Position numbers and translations under genes: made by a program. Below are positions 14,901-29,500 of a stretch of 64,000 nucleotides of DNA, piece by piece. Position 1 is the first letter of the stretch; every line of letters starts with the position of its first letter. This DNA comes from the human T2T-CHM13v2.0 reference genome, Homo sapiens. The notes beneath the pieces are model-generated. The model saw only the letters and a program-made list of their open reading frames with translations. It searched no databases and had not been told where the DNA came from. The stretch lies in NCBI RefSeq assembly GCF_009914755.1, contig NC_060940.1; one strand, given 5' to 3'.

Positions 14901-17900
14901 GTCGATTTGGTGATTCCATTTGACTTCATTTGATGATGATTCCTTTCAAGTTCATTAGATGATTCCATTCGATTCCATTTGATGATGATCCCATTCGAGT
15001 CCATTCAGTGATTCCACTCGTTTCCATTCCATGATGATTCCATTCCATTCCATTCAATGATTCCATTCGATTCCGTTTGATGATGATTTCATTCGAGTCC
15101 ATTTGATGATTCCATTTGATTCCATTCGATGATGATTACATTCGAGTCCATACGATGATTCCACTCAATTCCATATGATGATGATTCCATTCGATTCCAT
15201 TCGATGATTCCATTCTATTCTATTCAATGGTGATTCCATTCGAGTACATTAGATGATTCCATTCGATTCCATTCAATGATGATTCTATTTGTGTCCCTTA
15301 GATGGTTCCACATGATTCCATTTCATGATGATACTATTTGAGCCCATCCAATGATTCCCTTCGATTCCATTCGATGAGGATTCCATTCGATTCAATTCAT
15401 TGGTGATTCTATTCAATCCAATTCTTTGATTCCATTCCATTCCATTCGACAATGATTCCATTCGATTTCTTTCGATGATTCCACTCGATTCCACTTGACA
15501 TTGATTCCATTCGATTCCATTCAATGATTCCGTTTGATTCCAGTGGATGATGATTGCCATCGATTCCATTCGATCACTCCATTCTATTCCATTTGATGAT
15601 GATTACATTCGATTCCATTTGATGATTCCATCTGATTCTATTCGAGGATTCCATTTGATTCCATTCGATGATGATTCCATTCGAGTGCATTCGATGATTT
15701 CATTCGAGTACATCCAATGATTCCATTCGAGTCCATTTGATTTTTCCATTTAATTACATTTGATTATGATTCTACTAGAGTCCATTCAATGACTCAATTC
15801 GAATCCATTCAACAATTCCATTCGAGGCCATTCGATGATTCCATTTCATGATTCCATTCGACTCCATTTAATCATTACAGTCGAGTCCATTTGGTGATTC
15901 CACTGGATTTCTTTTGATAATGATACCATTCAATTACATTTGATGATGATCCCATTCAATTTCATTTGATGGTGATTCCATTAGAGTCCATTCGATGATT
16001 TCATTCGAGTCCCTTCATTGATTCCATCCGATTTCATTTGATGATGACTCCATTCGAGTCCATTCGATGATTCCACTCGATTCCATTAGATGATTCCATT
16101 GGAGTCCATTTGATTGTTCCATTCGATTCTATTCGATTCCTTTCGAAGATTATTCCATTTGAGTCCATTCGATGATGATTCCATTCCATTCCATTCGATG
16201 ATTCCGTTTGATTCCATTCGATGATTCCCTTCGATTCCTTTCTTTGATGATTCCATTCCATTCCATTCAATGATTCCATTCGAATCTATTCCATGATGAT
16301 TCCTTTCGATTCCATTCGCTGATGTTTCCGTTCAATTCCATTCGATGATGATTCCATTCGATTCCATTCATTGAGGATTCCATTTGATTCCATTCAATGA
16401 TGATTCCATTCTATTCCATTCAATGATTCCATTCAATTCCATTCAATGATTATCCCCTTAGAGTAAACTCAACGATTCCATTCAATACCATTCGATGATG
16501 ATTCCTTTTGAGTCCATTCAATGATTTCATTCAAGTCCATTTGATGATTCCTTTCAATTCCATTCTATGATGATTCCATTCGAGTCCATTCGATGATTCC
16601 ATTCGATTGCATTCGATGATTCCATTATATTCCATTCAACGGTGATTCCATTCGAGTCCATTCCATGATTCCATTAGAGTACATTTAATGATTGCTTTGT
16701 TTTCAATTCGAAGATGATTACATTGGATTCCATTCTATGATACCATTCGATTCCATTCAATGATGATTCCACTCAAATCCATTGGATGATTCCATTCGTG
16801 TCCATTCGGTGATTTCATTAGATTCCATTCGAGGATGATTCCATTCGATTCCATTCGATGATTCCATTCAATTCCATTCGATGATGATTCCATTCCAGTC
16901 CATATGATCATTCCATTTGATTTCATTCGATGATGATTCCATTCGATTCGATTCGACGATTCCATTCTATTCCATTCGATGATGATTCCATTCGAGTCCA
17001 TTCGATGATTCCATTCGAGTCCATTTAATGATTCCATTGGGTTCAATTCAATGATGATTACATTGGATTCCGTTCTATGATTCCATTCAATTCCGTTCAT
17101 TGACAATTTGATTCCATTCGATGATGATTCCATTTGAGTTCATTCGATGATTCTATTTGATTCTCTTCGATGGTGATTCAATTCTATTATATTGGATGAT
17201 TCCATTCGATTCCATTTGATGTTGATTCAATTCGATTCTATTCGATGGTGATTCCATTGGATTTCACTTCATGATTCTGTTCGATTCCATTCAATGATGA
17301 TTCACTTCTCGTCCATTGGATGATTCCATTTCATTCCATTCGATGATGATTCCATTCGATTCCATTCGATGATTCCATTTGATTCCATGCGTCGGTGAGC
17401 AATTCGATTCAATTCCATGATGATTCTATTTGATTCAATTAGATGATGTTTCCATTCGAATCCATTCCATGATTATTCCATTGGAATCCATTCGGCGATG
17501 ATTCCATATGAGTCAATTCAATGATGATTCCATATGGGTCCGTTCGATGATAATTCCATTTGATTTCATTCGGTGCTTCTATTCAATTCCAGTCGATGAT
17601 GATTCCGTTGGAGTCCATACGATGATTCCATTTGATTTCATTTGATGATGATTCCATTCGATGATGATTACATTGGATTCCATTCTATGATTCCATTCAA
17701 TTCCATTCGTTGATGATTCGATTCCATTCAATGATGATTCCATTTGAGTTCATTCGATGATTCTATTCGATTCCGTTCGATGGTGATTCAATTCTCTTAT
17801 ATTGGATGAATCCACTCGATTCCATTTGATGATTATTCCATTGGAGTCCACTTAGTGAATCCTTCAGATTCTACTCGAAGATGATTCCATTCAAGTCCAT

Positions 17901-19319
17901 TCGATGATACCATTCAATTCCATTCGTTGATGCTTCCATTCAAGTGCATTCGATGATATCATTCGATTCCATTTGATGATAATTCCATGTCATTCCATGC
18001 GATGATTCTATTCGATTCCATTCAATGATAATTCCATTCAGTTCAGTGATTCCTCTGGACTCCATTTGATGATGATTCCATTCAATGATTCCATTCGATT
18101 CTATTCGAAAATGATTCCATTTGAATCCATTTGATGATGATTCCATTAGATTCCATTTGATGATTCCATTCGATTCCATGCGACGATGATTCCATTCGAT
18201 TCCATTTGATGATTCCATTCTATTGTATTCGATGATGATTCCATTCGATTCCATTCGATGATGATTGGATTTGATTCCATTTGATGATTTCATTTGATTC
18301 CATTCGTTAATGATTTCGATCAATTCCATTCGATGATTCCATTCGATTCCATTCGATAATGATTACATCCGTGTCCATTCAATGATTTCATTTGAGCCTG
18401 TTCGATAATTCCATTTGAGTCCAACCAATGATTCCATTCATTTCCATTCAATGATTCCATTCGAGTCCATTTGATCATTCCGGTAGGGTCCATTCGATGT
18501 TGATTCCATTGGAGTGCATTCGATGATTCCATTCGAGTCCATTTTATGATTTGATTCGAGTCCTTTCGATGATTCCATTCGATTCCACTCGATGATGATT
18601 TCATTCGAGTCCATTCGACACTTCCAATCTATTCCATTTGATGTTTCCATTCGAGTCCAATTGATGATTCCATTCAATTCCATTCGATGATGATTCCGTA
18701 CGATTCCATTCTGTGATGATTCCATGTGATTGCATTCAATGATGATTCCTTTAGATTGCATTCGATTGTGATTCATTTCGTCTTCATTCTATGGTTCCAC
18801 AGGTTTCCATTCGTGTCCATTCCATTATTCCATTCTATTCCATTTGATGATGATTCCATTCGATTCCATTCATTGGTGATTCCACTCAATTCCATTCAAT
18901 GATTCCATTCCATTTCTTTCAACAATGATTCCATTAGTTTCTAATCGATGATCCACTTGATTAAATTTGACGACGATTCTATTCTTGTCCATTCGATGAT
19001 TCCATTTGATTCCATATCATGTTGATTCCATTCGATTCCATACGATGATGATTCCATTCGAGTCCATTCCATGGTGATTCCATTCAATTCCATTCGATGA
19101 TTCCTTTCGATTCCATTCGATGATGATGGCATTCGATTCCTTTCAATCATTCCCTTTGATTCCATTCAAAGGTGATTTCATTCAAGTCCATTCGATAATT
19201 GCATTCGATTCCATTCTATGATGATTCCATTCGAGTCCATTTGATGATTCCATTCAATTCAAGTCAATGATGATTCCATTCGATTCCATTCGATGATTCC
19301 ATTCAATTCCATTCGATGA

Positions 19320-22300
19320 TGATTCCATTCAAATCCATTCGATAATTCAATTCAAGTCCATTCGATGATGATTCCAATCGAATCCATTCAAAGATTCCAT
19401 TCAGTTCCATTCGATGATTCCCTTAGATTCCATTCGATGATTCCACTTGATTCCATTTACGATGATTCCATTCGATTCCATGTGATGATTCCATTCAATT
19501 CTATTCAATGCTGTTTCCATTTGATTCCATTCGACCATGATTGCCTTTGATTCCATTCAATGACTCCATTCGGTTCCTTTTGATGATGATTCCGTTTGAT
19601 TCCATTTCATTATTCCATTTGATTCCATTGGATGAGTCCATTCGATTACATTCGATTATTATTCCATTCGAGTGCATTAGATGATTCCATTCGAGTCCAT
19701 TCGATGATTCCATTCGATTCCATTCGATGTTGATTCTGTTCAAATCCATTCGATGATTCCACTCGATTCCATTCGATGACTCCAGTTGATCCCATTCGAT
19801 GATTTCCTTTGATTCCCTTTGATGATCATTCCATTTGATTCAATTCGGTGATTTCATTTGATTCCATTCAGTGATGTTTCCATTCGACTCCATTCGATGA
19901 TGATTCCATTCGACTCCATTCGATTATGATTTCATTCAATTCCATTCGATAATGATTCCCTTCGAGTCCATTCGATGATTCCATTCGATTCCATTCAACA
20001 ATGATTTGATTCGTGTCCATTCGATGATTCCATTTGATTCCACTTGATGATGATTCCATTCGAGTCCATTTGATGATTCCATTCAATTCCATTCTCCGAT
20101 GATTTCTTTTGAGCCCATTCAATGCTTCCACTCGATTCCATATGATGATGACTCCATTCGATGAAATTCGATGATTCCATTCGCTTGCATTCGATGATGA
20201 TTCCACTTGAGTCCATTACAAGATTCTATTCATTGTTATTCGATGATTCCATTCGATCTCATTCGATGATGATTCCATTCAACTCCATTCGATGTTTCCA
20301 TTCGAGTTCATTCTATTATTCCATTAGATTCCATTCGATGATGATTCCATTCGATTCCATTTGATGATTGCATTCTATTTCATTTGATGATGATTCCATT
20401 CGAGTCCACTCGATGATTCCATTCGAGTCCATTTAATGAATCCATTGGTTTCAATTCTATGATGATTACATTGGATTCCATTCGTTGATGATTTCATTCG
20501 GTTCCATTCAATGATGATTCCATTCAATTCCTTTCAATGTTTCCATTCAATTCCATACGATGATGATTCCATTTGATTTGATTCGACAGTGAGCCATTCG
20601 ATTCAATTCCATGATGATTCTATTTGATTCCATTGGTTGACATTTCCATTCGAATCCATTCGATGATGATTCCCTTTGATTCCATTCAAAGATGATTCCA
20701 TTCTAGCCCATTCAATCATTCCATTCGATTCTATTCAATGATGATTCCATTCATGTCGATTTGGTGATTCCATTTGACTTCATTTGATGATGATTCCTTT
20801 CAAGTTCATTAGATGATTCCATTCGATTCCATTTGATGATGATCCCATTCGAGTCCATTCAGTGATTCCACTCGTTTCCATTCCATGATGATTCCATTCC
20901 ATTCCATTCAATGATTCCATTCGATTCCGTTTGATGATGATTTCATTCGAGTCCATTTGATGATTCCATTTGATTCCATTCGATGATGATTCCATTCGAG
21001 TCCATTCGATGATTCTATTCGAATCCATTTGATGATTTCTTTTGATTATAGTTGGTGATGATTCCATTGGAGTCCATTCAATGATTCCATTCGATTCCAA
21101 TCGATGGTGATTCCATTAGAGTCCATTTAATGATTCCATTTGATTCCAGTCTCTAATGATTACATTCGAGTCCATACAATGATTCCACTCAATTCCATAT
21201 GATGATGATTCCATTCGATTCCATTCGATGATTCCATTCTATTCTATTCAATGGTGATTCCATTCAAATCCATTCGATAATTCAATTCAAGTCCATTCGA
21301 TGATGATTAAAATCGAATCCATTCAAAGATTCCATTCAGTTCCATTCGATGATTCCCTTAGATTCCATTCGATGATTCCACTTGATTCCATTTACGATGA
21401 TTCCATTCGATTCCATGTGATGATTCCATTCAATTCTATTCAATGCTGTTTCCATTTGATTCCATTCGACCATGATTGCCTTTGATTCCATTCAATGACT
21501 CCATTCGGTTCCTTTTGATGATGATTCCGTTCGATTCCATTTGATGATTCCATTTGATTCCATTGGATGAGTCCATTCGATTACATTCGATGATTATTCC
21601 ATTCGAGTGCATTAGATGATTGCATTCGAGTCCATTCGATGATTCCATTCGATTCCATTCGATGTTGATTCTGTTCAAATCCATTCGATGATTCCACTCG
21701 ATTCCATTCGATGACTCCAGTTGATCCCATTCGATGATTTCCTTTGATTCCCTTTGATGATCATTCCATTTGATTCAATTCGGTGATTTCATTTGATTCC
21801 ATTCAGTGATGATTCCTTTCGACTCCATTCGATGATGATTCCATTCGACTCCATTCGATTATGATTTCATTCAATTCCATTCGATAATGATTCCCTTCGA
21901 GTCCATTCGATGATTCCATTCGATTCCATTCAACGATGATTTGATTCGTGTCCATTCGATGATTCCATTTGATTCCACTTGATGATGATTCCATTCGAGT
22001 CCATTTGATGATTCCATTCAATTCCATTCTCCGATGATTTCTTTTGAGCCCATTCAATGCTTCCACTCGATTCCATATGATGATGACTCCATTCGATGAA
22101 ATTCGATGATGATTCCATTCGCTTGCATTCGATGATGATTCCACTTGAGTCCATTAGAAGATTCTATTCAATTACATTCCATGACGATTCCGTTCGAGTC
22201 CATTTGATGATTCCATTAGACTCCATTCGACGATGATTCCATTCGATGTTATTCGATGATTCCATTCGATCTCATTCGATGATGATTCCATTCAACTCCA

Positions 22301-23267
22301 TTCGATGTTTCCATTCGAGTTCATTCTATTATTCCATTAGATTCCATTCGATGATGATTCCATTCGATTCCATTTGATGATTGCATTCTATTTCATTTGA
22401 TGATGATTCCATTCGAGTCCACTCGATGATTCCATTCGAGTCCATTTAATGAATCCATTGGTTTCAATTCTATGATGATTACATTGGATTACATTCGTTG
22501 ATGACTTCATTCGGTTCCATTCAATGATGATTCCATTCAATTCCTTTCAATGTTTCCATTCAATTCCATACGATGATGATTCCATTTGATTTGATTCGAC
22601 AGTGAGCCATTCGATTCAATTCCATGATGATTCTATTTGATTCAATTGGTTGACATTTCCATTCGATTCCATTCGATGATGATTCCCTTTGATTCCATTC
22701 AAAGATGATTCCATTCTAGCCCATTCAATCATTCCATTCGATTCTATTCAATGATGATTCCATTCATGTCGATTTGGTGATTCCATTTGACTTCATTTGA
22801 TGATGATTCCTTTCAAGTTCATTAGATGATTCCATTCGATTCCATTTGATGATGATCCCATTCGAGTCCATTCAGTGATTCCACTCGTTTCCATTCCATG
22901 ATGATTCCATTCCATTCCATTCAATGATTCCATTCGATTCCGTTTGATGATGATTTCATTCGAGTCCATTTGATGATTCCATTTGATTCCATTCGATGAT
23001 GATTCCATTCGAGTCCATTCGATGATTCTATTCGAATCCATTTGATGATTTCTTTTGATTATAGTTGGTGATGATTCCATTGGAGTCCATTCAATGATTC
23101 CATTCGATTCCAATCGATGGTGATTCCATTAGAGTCCATTTAACGATTCCATTTGATTCCAGTCTCTGATGATTACATTCGAGTCCATACGATGATTCCA
23201 CTCAATTCCATATGATGATGATTCCATTCTATTCCATTCGATGATTCCATTCTATTCTATTCAATGG
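19320..23267 (+). repeat. Partial-unit tandem repeat, 1935 bp + 2013 bp (end of S plus start of W, twice)
   Basis: ORF-track pairs 19365/21300, 19501/21436 and 19868/21803 are 1935 apart; 20780/22793 are 2013 apart. Junction ...CTATTCAATGG|TGATTCCATTC|AAATCCATTCGATAATTC at 21255. Confidence 0.8.
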
Positions 23268-26200
23268 TGATTCCATTCGAGTACATTAGATGATTCCATT
23301 CGATTCCATTCAATGATGATTCTGTTTGTGTCCCTTAGATGATTCCACATGATTCCATTAGATGATGATACTATTTGAGCCCATCCAATGATTCCCTTCG
23401 ATTCCATTCGATGAGGATTCCATTCGATTCAATTCATTGGTGATTCTATTCAATTCAATTCTTTGATTCCATTCCATTCCATTCGACAATGATTCCATTC
23501 GATTTCTTTCGATGATTCCACTCGATTCCACTTGACATTGATTCCCTTCGATTCCATTCAATGATTCCATTTGATTCCAGTGGATGATGATTGCCATCGA
23601 TTCCATTCGATCACTCCATTCTATTCCATTTGATGATGATTACATTCAATTCCATTTGACGATTCCATCTGATTCTATTCGAGGATTCCATTTGATTCCA
23701 TTCGATGATGATTCCATTCGAGTCCATTCGATGATTTCATTCGAGTACAACCAATGATTCCATTCGAGTCCATCCAATGATTCCATTCGAGTCCATTTGA
23801 TGATTCCATTTGATTCCATTTGATAATGATTCTACTAGAGTCCATTCAATGACTCCATTCGAGTCCATTCAACAATTCCATTCGACTCCATTTGATGATT
23901 CCATTCGATTCCATTTGATGATTCCATTCGAGTCCATTTAATCATTACAGTCGAGTCCATTTGGTGATTCCACCGGATTTCTTTTGATAATGATACCATT
24001 CAATTACATTTGATGATGATCCCATTCAATTTCATTTGATGGTGATTCCATTAGAGTCCATTCGATGATTTCATTCGAGTCCCTTCATTGATTCCATCCG
24101 ATTTCATTGGATGATGACTCCATTCGAGTCCATTCGATGATTCCACTCGATTCCATTAGATGATTCCATTGGAGTCCATTTGATTGTTCCATTCGATTCC
24201 ATTCGATTCCTTTCGAAGATTATTCCATTTGAGTCCATTCGATGATGATTCCATTCCATTCCATTCGATGATTCCGTTTGATTCCATTCGATGATTCCCT
24301 TCGATTCCTTTCTTTGATGATTCCATTCCATTCCATTCAATGATTCCATTCGAATCTATTCCATGATGATTCCTTTCGATTCCATTCGCTGATGTTTCCG
24401 TTCAATTCCATTCGATGATGATTCCATTCGATTCCATTCATTGAGGATTCCATTTGATTCCATTAAATGATGATTCCGTTCTATTCCATTCAATGATTGC
24501 ATTCAATTCCATTCAATGATTATCCCCTTAGAGTAAACTCAACGATTCCATTCAATACCATTCGATGATGATTCCTTTTGAGTCCATTCAATGATTTCAT
24601 TCAAGTCCATTTGATGATTCCTTTCAATTCCATTCTATGATGATTCCATTCGAGTCCATTCGATGATTCCATTCGATTGCATTCGATGATTCCATTGTAT
24701 TCCATTCAATGATGATTCCATTCGAGTCCATTCGATGTTTCCACTAGAGTACATATATTGGTTGCTTTGTTTTCAATTCGAAGATGATTACATTGGATTC
24801 CATTCTATGATACCATTCGATTCCATTCAATGATGATTCCACTAAAATCCATTGGATGATTCCATTCGTGTCCATTCGGTGATTTCATTAGATTCCATTC
24901 GAGGATGATTCCATTCGATTCCATTCGATGATTCCATTCAATTCCATTCGATGATGATTCCATTCCAGTCCATATGATCATTCCATTTGATTTCATTCGA
25001 TGATGATTCCATTCGATTCCATTCGATGATTCCATTCTATTCCATTCGATGATGATTCTATTCGAGTCCATTCGATGATTCCATTCGAGTCCATTTAATG
25101 ATTCCATTGGGTTCAATTCAATGATGATTACATTGGATTCCGTTCTATGATTCCATTCAGTTCCGTTCATTGACAATTTGATTCCATTCGATGATGATTC
25201 CATTTGAGTTCATTCGATGATTCTATTCGATTCTCTTCGATGGTGATTCAATTCTATTATATTGGATGATTCCATTCGATTCCATTTGATGTTGATTCAA
25301 TTCGATTCTATTCGATGATGATTCCATTGGATTTCACTTGATGATTCTATTCGATTCCATTCAATGATGATTCACTTCTCGTCCATTGGATGATTCCATT
25401 TCATTCCATTCGATGATGATTCCATTCGATTCCATTCGATGATTCCATTTGATTCCATGCGACGGTGAGCAATTCGATTCAATTCCATGATGATTCTATT
25501 TGATTCAATTAGATGATGTTTCCATTCGAATCCATTCCATGATTATTCCATTGGAATCCATTCGGCGATGATTCCATATGAGTCAATTCCATGATGATTC
25601 CATATGGGTCCGTTCGATGATAATTCCATTTGATTTCATTCGATGCTTCTATTCTATTCCAGTCGTTGATGATTCCGTTGGAGTCCATACGATGATTCCA
25701 TTTGATTTCATTTGATGATGATTCCATTCGATGACGATTACATTGGATTCCATTCTATGATTCCATTCAATTCCATTCGTTGATGATTCGATTCCATTCA
25801 ATGATGATTCCATTTGAGTTCATTCGATGATTCTATTCGATTCCGTTCGATGGTGATTCAATTCTCTTATATTGGATGATTCCACTCGATTCCATTTGAT
25901 GATTATTCCATTGGAGTCCACTTAGTGAATCCTTTAGATTCTACTCGAAGATGATTCCATTCGAGTCCATTCAATGATACCATTCAATTTCATTCGTTGA
26001 TGCTTCCATTCAAGTGCATTCGATGATATCATTCGATTCCATTTGATGATAATTCCATTTGATTCCATGCGATGATTCTATTCGATTCCATTCAATGATA
26101 ATTCCATTCAATTCAGTGATTCCTCTGGACTCCATTTGATGATGATTCCATTCAATGATTCCATTCGATTCTATTCCAAAATGATTCCATTTGAATCCAT

Positions 26201-26551
26201 TTGATGATGATTCCATTAGATTCCATTTGATGATTCCATTCGATTGCATTTCACGATGATTCCATTCGATTCCATTTGATGATTCCATTCTATTCTATTC
26301 GATGATGATTCCATTCGATTCCATTTGATGATGATTGGATTCGATTCCATTTGATGATTTCATTTGATTCCATTCGTTAATGATTTCGATCAACTCCATT
26401 CGATGATTCCATTTGATTCCATTCGATAATGATTACATCCGAGTCCATTCGATGATTCCATTTGAGCCCGTTCGATAATTCCATTTGAGTCCAATCAATG
26501 ATTCCATTCATTTCCATTCAATGATTCCATTCGAGTCCATTTGATCATTCT

Positions 26552-29500
26552 GGTAGGGTCCGTTCGATGTTGATTCCATTGGAGTGCATTCGATGATTCC
26601 ATTCGAGTCCATTTTATGATTTGATTCGAGTCCTTTCGATGATTCCATTCGATTCCACTCGATGATGATTTCATTCGAGTCCATTCGACACTTCCAATCG
26701 ATTCCATTTGATGTTTCCATTCGAGTCCAATTGATGATTCCATTCAATTCCATTCGATGATGATTCCGTACGATTCCATTCTGTGATGATTCCATGTGAT
26801 TGCATTCCATGATGATTCCTTTCAATTGCATTCGATTATGATTCATTTCGTGTTCATTCTATGGTTCCACAGGTTTCCATTCGATGACGTTTCCGTTCGT
26901 GTCCATTCCATTATTCCATTCTATTTCATTTGATGATGATTCCATTCGATTCCATTCATTGGTGATTCCACTCAATTCCATTCAATGATTCCATTCCATT
27001 TCTTTCAACAATGATTCCATTAGTTTCTATTCGATGATCCACTTGATTCCATTTGGCGATGATTCCATTCGTGTCCATTCGATGATTCCATTTGATTCCA
27101 TATGATGATGATTCCATTCGATTCCATACCATGATGATTCCATTCGGGTCCATTCAATGGTGATTCCATTCAATTCCATTCGATGATTCCTTCCGATTCC
27201 ATTCGATGATGATGGCATTCGATTCCTTTCAATCATTCCCTTTGATTCCATTCAAAGGTGATTTCATTCAAGTCCATTCGATAATTGCATTCGATTCCAT
27301 TCTATGATGATTCCATTCGAGTCCATTTGATGATTCCATTCAATTCAAGTCAATGATGATTCCATTCAATTCCACTCGATGATTCCATTGGATTCCATTC
27401 GATGATGATTCCATTCAAATCCATTCGATAATTCAATTCAAGTCCATTCGATGATGATTCCAATCGAATCCATTCAAAGATTCCATTCAATTCCATTCGA
27501 TGATGATTCCCTTAGATTCCATTCGATGATTCCACTTGATTCCATTTACGATGATTCCATTCGATTCCATGTGATGAATCCATTCAATTCTATTCAATGA
27601 TGTTTCCATTTGATTCCATTGGACCATGATTGCCTTTGATTCCATTCAATGATTCCATTCGGTTCCATTTGATGATGATTCCGTTCGATTCCATTTCATT
27701 ATTCCATTTGATTCCATTGGATGAGTCCATTCGATTACATTCGATGATTATTCCATTCGAGTGCATTAGATGATTGCATTCGAGTCCATTCGATGATTCC
27801 ATTCGATTCCATTCGATGTTGATTCTGTTCAAATCCATTCGATGATTCCACTCAATTCCAATCGATGACTCCATTTGATCCCATTCGATGATTTCCTGTG
27901 ATTCCCTTTGATGATCATTCTATTTGATTCAATTCGGTGATTTCATTTCATTCCATTCAGTGATGTTTCCATTCGACTGTATTCGATGATGATTCCATTC
28001 GACTCCATTCGATTATGATTTCATTCAATTCCATTCAATAATGATTCCCTTCGAGTCCATTCGATGATTCCATTCGATTCCATTCAACGATGATTTGATT
28101 CGTTTCCATTCGATGATTCCATTTGATTCCACTTGATGATGATTCCATTCGAGTCCATTTGATGATTCCATTCGAGTCTATTTATGTATTATATTCGTGT
28201 CCACTTCATGATTCCATTCAATTCCATTTAATGTTGATTCCATTTGATTCCATTTGATGATTCAGTTCGATTCCTTGCAATGATTCCCTACGATTCCTTT
28301 CTCTGATGATTCCATTCGATTCCATTCATTGATGATTTCATTCGACTCCATTCGATGATGATTCCTTTCGATTCCATTTGACGATGTTTCCATTCGAGTC
28401 CATTCGATGATGATTCTATTCAATTCTGTTCTATTATGATTCCATTCGATTTCATTCAATGCTTCTATTTGATTCCATTCGATGATGATTCCATCTCTTT
28501 CCCTTCGATGATTCCATTTGATTCCATTCAGTGATGATTCCATTTGATTCCATCTGATGATGATTTCACTTGATTCCTTTCAATGATGATTCAATTCAAG
28601 TCCATTCTATGATTCCATTGGAGTCCAAACGATCATTCCGTTCGATTCCATTCAATGGTGATTCCATTCATGTCCATTCGATGAATCCATTCAATTCCAT
28701 TCGATGATGACTCCATTCGAGTACATTCGATGATTCCATTTGATTCCATTTGAAGATGATTCCATTCAATTCCATTCGAAGATGATTCCATTCAATTCCA
28801 TTCGATGATGATTCCGTATGAATCCATTCTCTGATTATTCCATTCGATTCCATTCATTGACGATTCCATTCAATTCCATTCAATGATGATTCTCTTCTAT
28901 TCCATTCGATGATTCCGGTCGATTCCATTCGATGATGATTCCATTAGATTCCATTCGATTGTTGCATTCGATTCCCTTCGATGATGATTCCTTTGAATTC
29001 CATTCGATTATCATTCCGTATGAATCCATTTGATGATTATTCCATTGGATTCCTTTCGATGATGATTCCATTCGATTCCATTTGATGATGTTTCTCTTGT
29101 ATTCCATTGGATAATTCCTTTCAGTTCCCTTCGATGATTATTCTTTCGAGTCAATTCGATGATTCTATTCCATTCCCTTCGATGATGATTCCATTTCACT
29201 CCATTTGATGATTCCATTCGACTCAATTTGGTGATGATTCAATTCGATGACATTCGATGACTCCATTCAATTTCATTTGATGATGATTACATTCGAGTCC
29301 ATTTGATGATTGTATTCCTTTCCTTTTGATGATTATTCCATTCGTGTCTATTCAAAGATTCCATTCTATTCCATTCAATGATGATTGCATTTGATTCCAT
29401 TCAATGATTATGGCTATCGATTCCACTCGTTGATTCCATTTGATTCCGTTCGATGATTATTCCGTTAGATTCCATTAGAAGATTCCATTCGATTTTATTC

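Larger units (their letters stand above)
1..20080 (+). repeat. Two diverged copies of a ~9.9 kb composite unit (X-S-W-S)
   Basis: Landmarks recur at offset 9892 (ORF-track 318/10210, 1665/11557, 2694/12586), then 9992 (5577/15569) and 9982 (7151/17133, 8456/18438) after internal indels. Confidence 0.85.
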
